A stretch of DNA of 64,000 nucleotides, from contig OZ024748.1 of assembly GCA_964016885.1 (NCBI GenBank), positions 37,696,001-37,760,000 of the forward strand, written 5' to 3'. Position numbers and translations under genes: made by a program. The DNA is from Eledone cirrhosa. Its lineage: Eukaryota. Under the pieces are notes generated by a model, which searched no databases, was not told the DNA's origin, and was given only the letters and a program-made list of their open reading frames with translations. Below, one piece after another: positions 51,501 to 64,000 of the stretch (position 1 is the first letter of the stretch; every line of letters starts with the position of its first letter).

Positions 51501-54500
51501 GTGATTAAAAAGATGGTAAACTATAAAGAATATTGCGAAGGAGGTAAGTGTTGTGTTTAAAAAAAGGAAAAATATAAACAAATTTACGAAGGAGGTAAGA
51601 GTGGTTATATAAAAAGAAGAAAAATATAAAGAATATTGCGAAAGAGGTAAGTGTTGTGATTAAAAAGAAGGAAAAATATAATGAATGTTACGAAGGAGGT
51701 ACGAGTTGTGATTAAAAGGAAGGAAAAATATAAAGAATGTTACGAAGGAGGTAAGTGTTGTGATTAAAAAGAGGGAAAATTATAAGGAAATTTACGAACG
51801 AGGTAAGAGTTGTGATTAAAAAGAAGGAAAAATATAAAGAATGTTTCGAAGGTGGTAAGTGTTGTGATTAAAAAGAAGGAAAAATATAAAGAATGTTGCG
51901 AAGTAGGTAAGAGTTGTGATTAAAAAGAAGGAAAAATATAAAAAAATGTTGCGAAGGATGTAAGAGTTGTGATTAAAAAAAAGGAAAAATATAAAGAATG
52001 TTGCGAAGGAGGTAAGTGTTGTGATTAAAAGGAAGGGAAAATATAAAGAATGTTGCGAAGGAGGTAAGTGTTGTGATTAAAAAAAAGGAAAAATATACAG
52101 AATGCTGCGTAGAAGGTAAGTGTTGTGATTAAAAAGAAGGAAAAATATAAAGAATGTTGCGTAGGAGGTAAGTGTTGTGATTAAAAAGAAGGAAAGATAT
52201 AAAGAATGTTTCGAAGGAGGTAAGTGTTGTGATTAAAAAGAAGGAAAAATATAAAGAATATTGCGAAGGAGGTAAGTGTTGTGATTAAAAGGAAGGAAAA
52301 ATATAAAGAATGTTGCGAAGGAGGTAATTGTTGCAATTAAAAAGAAAGACAAATATAAAGAATGTTGCAAAGGAGGTAAGTGTTGTGATTAAAAAGAAGG
52401 GAAAATGTAAAGAATGTTGCGAAAGAGGTAAGTGTTGTGATTAAAAATAAGGAAAAATATAAAGAATGTTGCGAAGGAGGTAAGAGTTGTGATTAAAAAG
52501 AAGGAAGAATATAAAGAATGTTGCGAAGGAGGTAGGAGTTGTGACTAAAAAGAAGGGAAAATATAAAGAATGTTGCGAAAGAGGTAAGTGTTGTGATTAA
52601 AAATAAGGAAAAATATAAAGAATGTTGCGAAGGAGGTAAGAGTGTTGATTAAAAAGAAGGAAAAATATAAAGAATGTTGCGAAGGAGGTAAGTGTTGTGA
52701 TTAAAAAGAAGGAAAAATATAAATAATGTTACGAAGGAGGTAAGTGTTCTGATTAAAAAGAAGGAAAAATATAAAGAAATTTGCGAAGGAGATAAGAGTA
52801 GTGATTAAAAAGAAGGAAAACTATAAAGAATATTGCGAAAGTGGTAAGTGTTGTGATTAAAAAGAAGGAAAAATATAAAGAATGTTGCGAAGGAGGTAAG
52901 AGTGTTGATTAAAAAGAAGGAAAAATAGAAAGAATGTTGTGAAGGAGGTAAGTGTTGTGATTAAAAAGAAGGAAAAATATAAAGAATGTTGCGAAGGAGT
53001 AAAGAGTGGTGATTAAAAAGAAAGAAAAATATAAAGAATGTTGCGAAGGAGGAAAGTGTTGTGATTAAAAAGAAGGACAAATATAAAGAATATTGCGAAG
53101 GAGGTGAGTGTTGTGATTAAAAGGAAGGAAAAATATAAAGAATGTTGCGAAGGAGGTAATTGTTGCAATTAAAAAGAAAGACAAATATAAAGAATGTTGC
53201 GAAGGAGGTAAGTGTTGCGATTAAAAAGAAGGAAAAATATAAAGAATCCTACGAAGGAGGTAAGAGTTGTGTTTAAAAAGAAGGAAAAATGTAAAGAATT
53301 TTGCGAAGGATGTAAGTGTTGTGATTAAAAAGAAGGAAAAATATAAAGAATGTTACGAAGGAGGTACGTGTTGTGATTAAAAGGAAGGAAAAATATAAAG
53401 AATGTTGAGAAGGAGGTAATTGTTGCAATTAAAAAGAAAGACAAATATAAAGAATGTTGCAAAGGAGGTAAGTGTTGTGATTAAAAAGAAGGTAAAATAT
53501 AAAGAATATTGCGAAGGATGTAAGTTTTGTGATTAAAAAGAAGGAAAAATATAAAGAATGTTGCGAAGGAGGTAAGAGTGCTGATTAAAAACAAGGAAAA
53601 ATATAAAGAATGTTGCGAAGGAGGTAAGAGTTGTGATTAAAAAGAAGGAAAAATATAAAGAATGTTGCGAAGGAGGTAAGAGTTGTGACTAAAAAGAAGG
53701 GAAAATGTAAAGAATGTTGCGAAAGAGGTAAGTGTTGTGATTAAAAATAAGGAAAAATATAAATAATGTTGCGAAGGAGGTAAGAGTTGTGATTAAAAAG
53801 AAGGAAGAATATAAAGAATGTTGCGAAGGAGGTAGGAGTTGTGACTAAAAAGAAGGGAAAATATAAAGAATGTTGCGAAAGAGGTAAGTGTTGTGATTAA
53901 AAATAAGGAAAAATATAAAGAATGTTGCGAAGGAGGTAAGAGTGTTGATTAAAAAGAAGGAAAAATATAAAGAATGTTGCGAAGGAGGTAAGTGTTGTGA
54001 TTAAAAAGAAGGAAAAATATAAATAATGTTACGAAGGAGGTAAGTGTTGTGATTAAAAAGAAGGAAAAATATAAAGAAATTTGCGAAGGAGATAAGAGTA
54101 GTGATTAAAAAGAAGGAAAACTATAAAGAATATTGCGAAAGTGGTAAGTGTTGTGATTAAAAAGAAGGAAAAATATAAAGAATGTTGCGAAGGAGGTAAG
54201 AGTGTTGATTAAAAAGAAGGAAAAATAGAAAGAATGTTGTGAAGGAGGTAAGTGTTGTGATTAAAAAGAAGGAAAAATATAAAGAATGTAACGAAGGAGG
54301 TAAGAGTTGTGATTAAAAAGAAGGAAAAATATAAAGAATGTTGCGAAGGAGGTAAGTGTTGAGATTAAAAAGAAGGAAAAATATAAAGAATGTTGCGAAG
54401 GAGGTAAGTGTTGTGATTAAAAGGAAGGGAAAATATAAAGAATGTTGCGAAGGAGGTAAGAGTTGTGATTAAAAAGAAAGAAAAATATAAAGAATGTTGC

Positions 54501-57500
54501 GAAGGAGGTAAGTGTTGTGATTAAAAAGAAGGAAAAATATAAAGAATGCTGCGAAGGAGGTAGGTGTTGTGATTAAAAGGAAGGGAAAATATAAAGAATG
54601 TTGCGAAGGAGGTAAGGGTGGTGCTTAAAAAGAAAGAAAAATATAAAGAATGTTGCGAAGGAGGAAAGAGTGGTGATTAAATGAAAGAAAAATATAAAGA
54701 ATGTTGCGAAGGAGGAAAGTGTTGTGATTAAAAAGAAGGACAAATATAAAGAATATTGCGAAGGAGGTAAGTGTTGTGATTAAAAGGAAGGAAAAATATA
54801 AAGAATGTTGCGAAGGAGGTAATTGTTGCAATTGAAATGAAAGACAAATAGAAAGAATGTTGCGAAGGAGGTAAGTGTTGTGATTAAAAAGAAGGAAAAA
54901 TATAAAGAATCCTACGAAGGAGGTAAGAGTTGTGTTTAAAAAGAAGGAAACATTTAAAGAATGTTGCAAAGGAGGTAAGTGTTGTGATTAAAAAGAAGGA
55001 AAAATATAAAGAATGTTACGAAGGAGGTAAGTGTTGTGATTAAAAAGAAAGACAAATATAAAGAATGTTGCAAAGGAGGTAAGTGTTGTGATTAAAAAGA
55101 AGGTAAAATATAAAGAATGTTGTGAAGGAGGTAAGTGTTGTGATTAAAATGAAGGAAAAATATAAAGAATGTTGCGAAGGAGGTAACAGTTGTGATTAAA
55201 AAGAAGGAAAAATATAAAGAATGTTGCGAAGGAGGTAAGAGTGCTGATTAAAAACAACGAAAAATATAAAGAATTTTGCAAAGGAGGTAAGAGTTGTGAT
55301 TAAAAAGAAGGAAAAATATAAAGAATGTTGCGAAGGAGGTAAGAGTTGTGATTAAAAAGAAGGGAAAATATAAAGAATGTTGCGAAAGAGGTAAGTTTTG
55401 TGATTAAAAATGAGGAAAAATATAAAGAATGTTGCGAAGGAGGTAAGAGTGTTGATTAAAAAGAAGGAAAAATATAAAGAATGTTGCGAAGGAGGTAAGT
55501 GTTGTGATTAAAAAGAAGGAAAAATATGAAGAATGTTACGAAGAAGGTAAGTGTTGTGATTAAAAAGAAGGAAAAATATAAAGAATGTTGCGAAGGAGGT
55601 AAGAGTGTTGATTAAAAAGAAGGGAAAATATAAAGAATGTTGCGAAAGAGGTAAGTGTTGTGATTAAAAATGAGGAAAAATATAAAGAATGTTGCGAAGT
55701 AGGTAAGAGTGTTGATTAAAAAGAAGGAAAAATATAAAGAAATTTACGAAGGAGATAAGAGTAGTGATTAAAAAGAAGGAAAACTATAAAGAATATTGCG
55801 AAAGAGATAAGTGTTGTGATTAAAAAGAAGGAAAAATATAAAGAATGTTGCGAAGGAGGTAAGAGTGTTGATTAAAAAGAAGGAAAAATAGAAAGAATGT
55901 CGTGAAGGAGGTAAGAGTTGTGATTAAAAAGAAGGAAAAATATAAAGAATGTTGCGAAGGAGGTAAGTGTTGAGATTAAAAAGAAGGAAAAATATAAAGA
56001 ATGTTGCGAAGGAGGTAAGTGTTGTGATTAAAAAGAAGGAAAAATATAAATAATGTTACGAAGGAGGTAAGTGTTGTGATTAAAAAGAAGGAAAAATATA
56101 AAGAAATTTGCGAAGGAGATAAGAGTAGTGATTAAAAAGAAGGAAAACTATAAAGAATATTGCGAAAGTGGTAAGTGTTGTGATTAAAAAGAAAGAAAAA
56201 TATAAAGAATGTTGCGAAGGAGGTAAGAGTGTTGATTAAAAAGAAGGAAAAATAGAAAGAATGTTGTGAAGGAGGTAAGTGTTGTGATTAAAAAGAAGGA
56301 AAAATATAAAGAATGTTACGAAGGAGGTAAGAGTTGTGATTAAAAAGAAGGAAAAATATAAAGAATGTTGCGAAGGAGGTAAGTGTTGAGATTAAAAAGA
56401 AGGAAAAATATAAAGAATGTTGCGAAGGAGGTAAGTGTTGTGATTAAAAGGAAGGGAAAATATAAAGAATGTTGCGAAGTAGGTAGTGTTGTGATTAAAA
56501 AGAAGGAAAAATATAAAGAATGTTGCGAAGGAGGTAAGTGTTGTGATTAAAAAGAAGGTAAAATATAAAGAATGTTGTGAAGGAGGTAAGGGTGGTGCTT
56601 AAAAAGAAAGAAAAATATAAAGAATGTTGCGAAGGAGGAAAGAGTTGTGATTAAATGAAAGAAAAATATAAAGAATGTTGCGAAGGAGGAAAGTGTTGTG
56701 ATTAAAAAGAAGGACAAATATAAAGAATATTGCGAAGGAGGTAAGTGTTGTGATTAAAAGGAAGGAAAAATATAAAGAATGTTGCGAAGGAGGTAATTGT
56801 TGCAATTGAAATGAAAGACAAATAGAAAGGATGTTGCGAAGGAGGTAAGTGTTGTGATTAAAAAGAAGGAAAGATATAAAGAATCCTACGAAGGAGGTAA
56901 GAGTTGTGTTTAAAAAGAAGGAAACATTTAAAGAATGTTGCGAAGGAGGTAAGTGTTGTGATTAAAAAGAAGGAAAAATATAAAGAATGTTACGAAGGAG
57001 GTAAGTGTTGTGATTAAAAAGAAAGACAAATATAAAGAATGTTGCAAAGGAGGTAAGTGTTGTGATTAAAAAGAAGGTAAAATATAAAGAATGTTGTGAA
57101 GGAGGTAAGAGTTGTGATTAAAAAGAAGGAATAATATAAAGAATGTTGCGAAGGAGGTAAGTGTTGTGATTAAAAAGAAGGAAAAATATAAAGAATGTTA
57201 CGAAGGAGGTAGGAGTTGTGATTAAAAAGAAGGAAAAATATAAAGAATGTTGCGAAGGAGGTAGTGTTGTGATTAAAAAGAAGGAAACATATAAAGAATG
57301 TTACGAAGGAGGTAAGTGTTGTGATTAAAAAGAAGGATAAATATAAGGGAATTTACGAAGGAGGTAAGAGTGGTGATTAAAAAGAAGGAAAAATATAAAG
57401 AATATTGCGAAGGATGTAAGTGTTGTGTTTAAAAAGAAGGAAAAATATAAAGAATGTTGCGAATGAGGTAAGAGTGTTGATTAAAAAGAAGGAAAAATCT

Positions 57501-60500
57501 AAAGAATGTTGCGAAGGAGGTAAGTGTTGTGATTAAAATGAAGGAAAAATATAAAGAATGTTACGAAGGAGGTACGAGTTGTGATTAAAAAGAAGGAAAA
57601 ATATAAAGAATGTTACGAAGTAGGTAAGAGTTGTGATTAAAAAGAAGGAAAAATTTAAAAAATGTTTTGAATGAGGTAAGTGTTGTGATTAAAAAGAAGG
57701 AAAAATATAAAGAATGTTACGAAGGAGGTAAGTGTTGTGATTAAAAAGAAAGACAAATATAAAGAATGTTGCAAAGGAGGTAAGTGTTGTGATTAAAAAG
57801 AAGGTAAAATATAAAGAATGTTGTGAAGGAGGTAAGTGTTGTGATTAAAATGAAGGAAAAATATAAAGAATGTTGCGAAGGAGGTAACAGTTGTGATTAA
57901 AAAGAAGGAAAAATATAAAGAATGTTGCGAAGTAGGTAAGAGTGTTGATTAAAAAGAAGGAAAAATATAAAGAATGTTGCGAAGGATGTAAGAGTTGTGA
58001 TTAAAAAGAAGGAAAAATATAAAGAATGTTGCGAAGGAGGTAAGAGTGTTGATTAAAAAGAAGGAAAAATAGAAAGAATGTTGTGAAGGAGGTAAGAGTT
58101 GTGATTAAAAAGAAGGAAAAATATAAAGAATGTTGCGAAGGAGGTAAGTGTTGAGATTAAAAAGAAGGAAACATATAAAGAATGTTGCGAAGGAGGTAAG
58201 AGTTGTGATTAAAAAGAAGGGAAAATATAAAGAATGTTGCGAAAGAGGTAAGTGTTGTGATTAAAAATGAGGAAAAATATAAAGAATGTTGCGAAGTAGG
58301 TAAGAGTGTTGATTAAAAAGAAGGAAAACTATAAAGAATGTTGCGAATGGGGTAAGTGTTGTGTTTAAAAAAAGGAAAATTATAAAGAAATTTACGAAGG
58401 AGGTAAGAGTGGTCATATAAAAAGAAGGAAAAATATAAAGAATATTGCGAAAGAGGTAAGTGTTATAATTAAAAAGAAAGAAAAATAGAAAGAATGTTGT
58501 GAAGGAGGTAAGAGTTGTGATTAAAAAGAAGGAATAATATAAAGAATGTTGCGAAGGAGGTAAGAGTTGTGATTAAAAAGAAGGAAAATTATAAAGAATG
58601 TTACGAAGGAGGTACGAGTTGTGATTAAAAAGAAGGAAAAATATAAAGAATGTTGCGAAGGAGGTAGTGTTGTGATTAAAAAGAAGGAAAAATATAAAGA
58701 ATGTTACGAAGGAGGTAAGTGTTGTGATTAAAAAGAAGGATAAATATAAGGGAATTTACGAAGGAGGTAAGAGTGGTGATTAAAAAGAAGGAAAAATATA
58801 AAGAATATTGCGAAGGAGGTAAGTGTTGTGTTTAAAAAGAAGGAAAAATATAAAGAATGTTGCGAAGGAGGTAAGAGTGTTGATTAAAAAGAAGGAAAAA
58901 TATAAAGAATGTTGCGAAGGAGGTAAGTGTTGTGATTAAAAAGAAGGAAAAATATAAAGAATGTTACGAAGGAGGTACGAGTTGTGATTAAAAAGAAGGA
59001 AAAATATAAAGAATGTTACGAAGTAGGTAAGAGTTGTGATTAAAAAGAAGGAAAAATTTTTAAAATGTTTTGAATGAGGTAAGTGTTGTGATTAAAAAGA
59101 AGGAAAAATATAAAGAATGTTACGAAGGAGGTAAGTGTTGTGATTAAAAAGAAAGACAAATATAAAGAATGTTGCAAAGGAGGTAAGTGTTGTGATTAAA
59201 AAGAAGGTAAAATATAAAGAATGTTGTGAAGGAGGTAAGTGTTGTGATTAAAATGAAGGAAAAATATAAAGAATGTTGCGAAGGAGGTAACAGTTGTGAT
59301 TAAAAAGAAGGAAAAATATAAAGAATGTTGCGAAGTAGGTAAGAGTGTTGATTAAAAAGAAGGAAAAATATAAAGAATGTTGCGAAGGATGTAAGAGTTG
59401 TGATTAAAAAGAAGGAAAAATATAAAGAATGTTGCGAAGGAGGTAAGAGTGTTGATTAAAAAGAAGGAAAAATAGAAAGAATGTTGTGAAGGAAGTAAGA
59501 GTTGTGATTAAAAAGAAGGAAAAATATAAAGAATGTTGCGAAGGAGGTAAGTGTTGAGATTAAAAAGAAGGAAAAATATAAAGAATGTTGCGAAGGAGGT
59601 AAGAGTTGTGATTAAAAAGAAGGGAAAATATAAAGAATGTTGCGAAAGAGGTAAGTGTTGTGATTAAAAATGAGAAAAAATATAAAGAATGTTGCGAAGT
59701 AGGTAAGAGTGTTGATTAAAAAGAAGGAAAAATATAAAGAATGTTGCGAAGGGGGTAAGTGTTGTGTTTAAAAAAAGGAAAATTATAAAGAAATTTACGA
59801 AGGAGGTAAGAGTGGTCATATAAAAAGAAGGAAAAATATAAAGAATATTGCGAAAGAGGTATGTGTTATGATTAAAAAGAAAGAAAAATAGAAAGAATGT
59901 TGTGAAGGAGGTAAGAGTTGTGATTAAAAAGAAGGAATAATATAAAGAATGTTGCGAAGGAGGAAGTGTTGTGATTAAAAAGAAGGAAAAATATAAAGAA
60001 TGTTACGAATGAGGTAAGTGTTGTGATTAAAAAGAAGGATAAATATAAGGGAATTTACGAAGGAGGTAAGAGAGGTGATTAAAAAGAAGGAAAAATATAA
60101 AGAATATTGCGAAGGAGGTAAGTGTTGTGTTTAAAAAGAAGGAAAAATATAAAGAATGTTGCGAAGGAGGAAAGAGTGGTGATTAAATGAAAGAAAAATA
60201 TAAAGAATTTTGCGAAGGAGGAAAGTGTTGTGATTAAAAAGAAGGACAAATATAAAGAATATTGCGAAGGAGGTAAGTGTTGTGATTAAAAGGAAGGAAA
60301 AATATAAAGAATGTTGCGAAGGAGGTAATTGTTGCAATTGAAATGAAAGACAAATAGAAAGAATGTTGCGAAGGAGGTAAGTGTTGTGATTAAAAAGAAG
60401 GAAAAATATAAAGAATCCTACGAAGGAGGTAAGAGTTGTGTTTAAAAAGAAGGAAACATTTAAAGAATGTTGCGAAGGAGGTAAGTGTTGTGATTAAAAA

Positions 60501-63500
60501 GAAGGAAAAATATAAAGAATGTTACGAAGGAGGTAAGTGTTGTGATTAAAGAGAAAGACAAATATAAAGAATGTTGCAAAGGAGGTAAGTGTTGTGATTA
60601 AAAAGAAGGTAAAATATAAAGAATGTTGTGAAGGAGGTAAGTGTTGTGATTAAAATGAAGGAAAAATATAAAGAATGTTGCGAAGGTGGTAACAGTTGTG
60701 ATTAAAAAGAAGGAAAAATATAAAGAATGTTGCGAAGGAGGTAAGAGTGCTGATTAAAAACAACGAAAAATATAAAGAATTTTGCGAAGGAGGTAAGAGT
60801 TGTGATTAAAAACAAGGAAAAATATAAAGAATGTTGCGAAGGAGGTAAGAGTTGTGATTAAAAAGAAGGGAAAATATAAAGAATGTTGCGAAAGAGGTAA
60901 GTGTTGTGATTCAAAAGAAGGAAAAATATAAAGAATGTTGCGAAGGAGGTAAGAGTGTTGATTATAAAGAAGGAAAATAGAAAGAATGTCGTGAAGGAGG
61001 TAAGAGTTGTGATTAAAAAGAAGGAAAAATATAAAGAATGTTGCGAAGGAGGTAAGTGTTGAGATTAAAAAGAAGGAAAAATATAAAGAATGTTGCGAAA
61101 GAGGTAAGTGTTGTAATTAAAAATGAGGAAAAATATAAAGAATGTTGCGAAGTAGGTAAGAGTGTCGATTAAAAAGAAGGAAAAATATAAAGAATGTTGC
61201 GAAGGGGGTAAGTGTTGTGTTTAAAAAAAGGAAAAATATAAAGAAATTTACGAAGGAGGTAAGAGTGGTCATATAAAAAGAAGGAAAAATATAAAGAATA
61301 TTGCGAAAGAGGTAAGTGTTATGATTAAAAAGAAAGAAAAATAGAAAGAATGTTGTGAAGGAGGTAAGAATTGTGATTAAAAAGAAGGAATAATATAAAC
61401 AATGTTGCGAAGGAGGTAAGTGTTGTGATTAAAAAGAAGGAAAAATATAAAGAATGTTGCGAAGGAGGTAAGAGTGCTGATTAAAAACAACGAAAAATAT
61501 AAAGAATGTTGCGAAAGAGGTAAGTGTTGTGATTAAAAATGAGAAAAAATATAAAGAATGTTGCGAAGTAGGTAAGAGTGTTGATTAAAAAGAAGGAAAA
61601 ATATAAAGAATGTTGCGAAGGGGGTAAGTGTTGTGTTTAAAAAAAGGAAAATTATAAAGAAATTTACGAAGGAGGTAAGAGTGGTCATATAAAAAGAAGG
61701 AAAAATATAAAGAATATTGCGAAAGAGGTATGTGTTATGATTAAAAAGAAAGAAAAATAGAAAGAATGTTGTGAAGGAGGTAAGAGTTGTGATTAAAAAG
61801 AAGGAATAATATAAAGAATGTTGCGAAGGAGGAAGTGTTGTGATTAAAAAGAAGGAAAAATATAAAGAATGTTACGAAGGAGGTAAGTGTTGTGATTAAA
61901 AAGAAGGATAAATATAAGGGAATTTACGAAGGAGGTAAGAGAGGTGATTAAAAAGAAGGAAAAATATAAAGAATATTGCGAAGGAGGTAAGTGTTGTGTT
62001 TAAAAAGAAGGAAAAATATAAAGAATGTTGCGAAGGAGGAAAGAGTGGTGATTAAATGAAAGAAAAATATAAAGAATTTTGCGAAGGAGGAAAGTGTTGT
62101 GATTAAAAAGAAGGACAAATATAAAGAATATTGCGAAGGAGGTAAGTGTTGTGATTAAAAGGAAGGAAAAATATAAAGAATGTTGCGAAGGAGGTAATTG
62201 TTGCAATTGAAATGAAAGACAAATAGAAAGAATGTTGCGAAGGAGGTAAGTGTTGTGATTAAAAAGAAGGAAAAATATAAAGAATCCTACGAAGGAGGTA
62301 AGAGTTGTGTTTAAAAAGAAGGAAACATTTAAAGAATGTTGCGAAGGAGGTAACTGTTGTGATTAAAAAGAAGGAAAAATATAAAGAATGTTACGAAGGA
62401 GGTAAGTGTTGTGATTAAAAAGAAAGACAAATATAAAGAATGTTGCAAAGGAGGTAAGTGTTGTGATTAAAAAGAAGGTAAAATATAAAGAATGTTGTGA
62501 AGGAGGTAAGTGTTGTGATTAAAATGAAGGAAAAATATAAAGAATGTTGCGAAGGTGGTAACAGTTGTGATTAAAAAGAAGGAAAAATATAAAGAATGTT
62601 GCGAAGGAGGTAAGAGTGCTGATTAAAAACAACGAAAAATATAAAGAATTTTGCGAAGGAGGTAAGAGTTGTGATTAAAAACAAGGAAAAATATAAAGAA
62701 TGTTGCGAAGGAGGTAAGAGTTGTGATTAAAAAGAAGGGAAAATATAAAGAATGTTGCGAAAGAGGTAAGTGTTGTGATTCAAAAGAAGGAAAAATATAA
62801 AGAATGTTGCGAAGGAGGTAAGAGTGTTGATTATAAAGAAGGAAAATAGAAAGAATGTCGTGAAGGAGGTAAGAGTTGTGATTAAAAAGAAGGAAAAATA
62901 TAAAGAATGTTGCGAAGGAGGTAAGTGTTGAGATTAAAAAGAAGGAAAAATATAAAGAATGTTGCGAAAGAGGTAAGTGTTGTAATTAAAAATGAGGAAA
63001 AATATAAAGAATGTTGCGAAGTAGGTAAGAGTGTCGATTAAAAAGAAGGAAAAATATAAAGAATGTTGCGAAGGGGGTAAGTGTTGTGTTTAAAAAAAGG
63101 AAAAATATAAAGAAATTTACGAAGGAGGTAAGAGTGGTCATATAAAAAGAAGGAAAAATATAAAGAATATTGCGAAAGAGGTAAGTGTTATGATTAAAAA
63201 GAAAGAAAAATAGAAAGAATGTTGTGAAGGAGGTAAGAGTTGTGATTAAAAAGAAGGAATAATATAAACAATGTTGCGAAGGAGGTAAGTGTTGTGATTA
63301 AAAAGAAGGAAAAATATAAAGAATGTTACGAAGGAGGTAGGAGTTGTGATTAAAAAGAAGGAAAAATATAAAGAATGTTGCGAAGGAGGTAGTGTTGTGA
63401 TTAAAAAGAAGGAAACATATAAAGAATGTTACGAAGGAGGTAAGTGTTGTGATTAAAAAGAAGGATAAATATAAGGGAATTTACGAAGGAGGTAAGAGTG

Positions 63501-64000
63501 GTGATTAAAAAGAAGGAAAAATATAAAGAATATTGCGAAGGATGTAAGTGTTGTGTTTAAAAAGAAGGAAAAATATAAAGAATGTTGCGAAGGAGGTAAG
63601 AGTGTTGATTAAAAAGAAGGAAAAATATAAAGAATGTTGCGAAGGAGGTAAGTGTTGTGATTAAAAAGAAGGAAAAATATAAAGAATGATACGAAGGAGG
63701 TACGAGTTGTGATTAAAAAGAAGGAAAAATATAAAGAATGTTACGAAGTAGGTAAGAGTTGTGATTAAAAAGAAGGAAAAATTTAAAAAATGTTTTGAAT
63801 GAGGTAAGTGTTGTGATTAAAAAGAAGGAAAAATATAAAGAATGTTACGAAGGAGGTAAGTGTTGTGATTAAAAAGAAAGACAAATATAAAGAATGTTGC
63901 AAAGGAGGTAAGTGTTGTGATTAAAAAGAAGGTAAAATATAAAGAATGTTGTGAAGGAGGTAAGTGTTGTGATTAAAATGAAGGAAAAATATAAAGAATG
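15504..64000. repeat. 52-bp satellite DNA array, about 930 monomers, single orientation, continuing past the window end
   Basis: Consensus AAAGAATGTTGCGAAGGAGGTAAG(T/A)GTTGTGATTAAAAAGAAGGAAAAATAT with a period of 52 (e.g. 15557 to 15609). No non-satellite insertion was seen. Confidence 0.98.

Noticed and set aside
16109-62206. Recurrent hydrophobic 68-114 aa ORFs in the satellite
   Set aside because: By-products of variant monomers removing stop codons. They were useful only as markers of higher-order repeats.
15504-64000. AAGGAGGT Shine-Dalgarno-like motif in each monomer
   Set aside because: This is a eukaryotic satellite with no properly spaced downstream ORF.

Overview
Eukaryotic, AT-rich, repeat-dominated DNA. 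The SINE family, the dense (TA)n/(CA)n tracts and the Penelope-type elements suggest an octopus-like cephalopod genome, but this is an inference. Almost all ORFs in the track are translations of microsatellite or satellite DNA. Positions 1-15.5 kb are a mosaic of microsatellites, three minisatellites, seven copies of a tRNA-derived SINE, a decayed pogo/Tigger transposase, a mariner-type MITE and a 5'-truncated Penelope-like element (PLE) with an open GIY-YIG frame. They also hold several small non-coding elements sitting inside (TA)n tracts, each carrying a type I hammerhead ribozyme (HHR) motif. Two of these elements are circularly permuted with an inverted arm, as expected for retrozyme or pLTR-like elements copied from a circular or tandem RNA. 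One has a U3-A8 compensatory core. A possible promoter and first coding exon lies on the minus strand near 14.7 kb. Positions 15.5-64 kb are one uninterrupted 52-bp satellite (about 930 monomers, running off the window end) with higher-order blocks. Its monomer contains a consensus 5' splice site and an ATTAAA hexamer.
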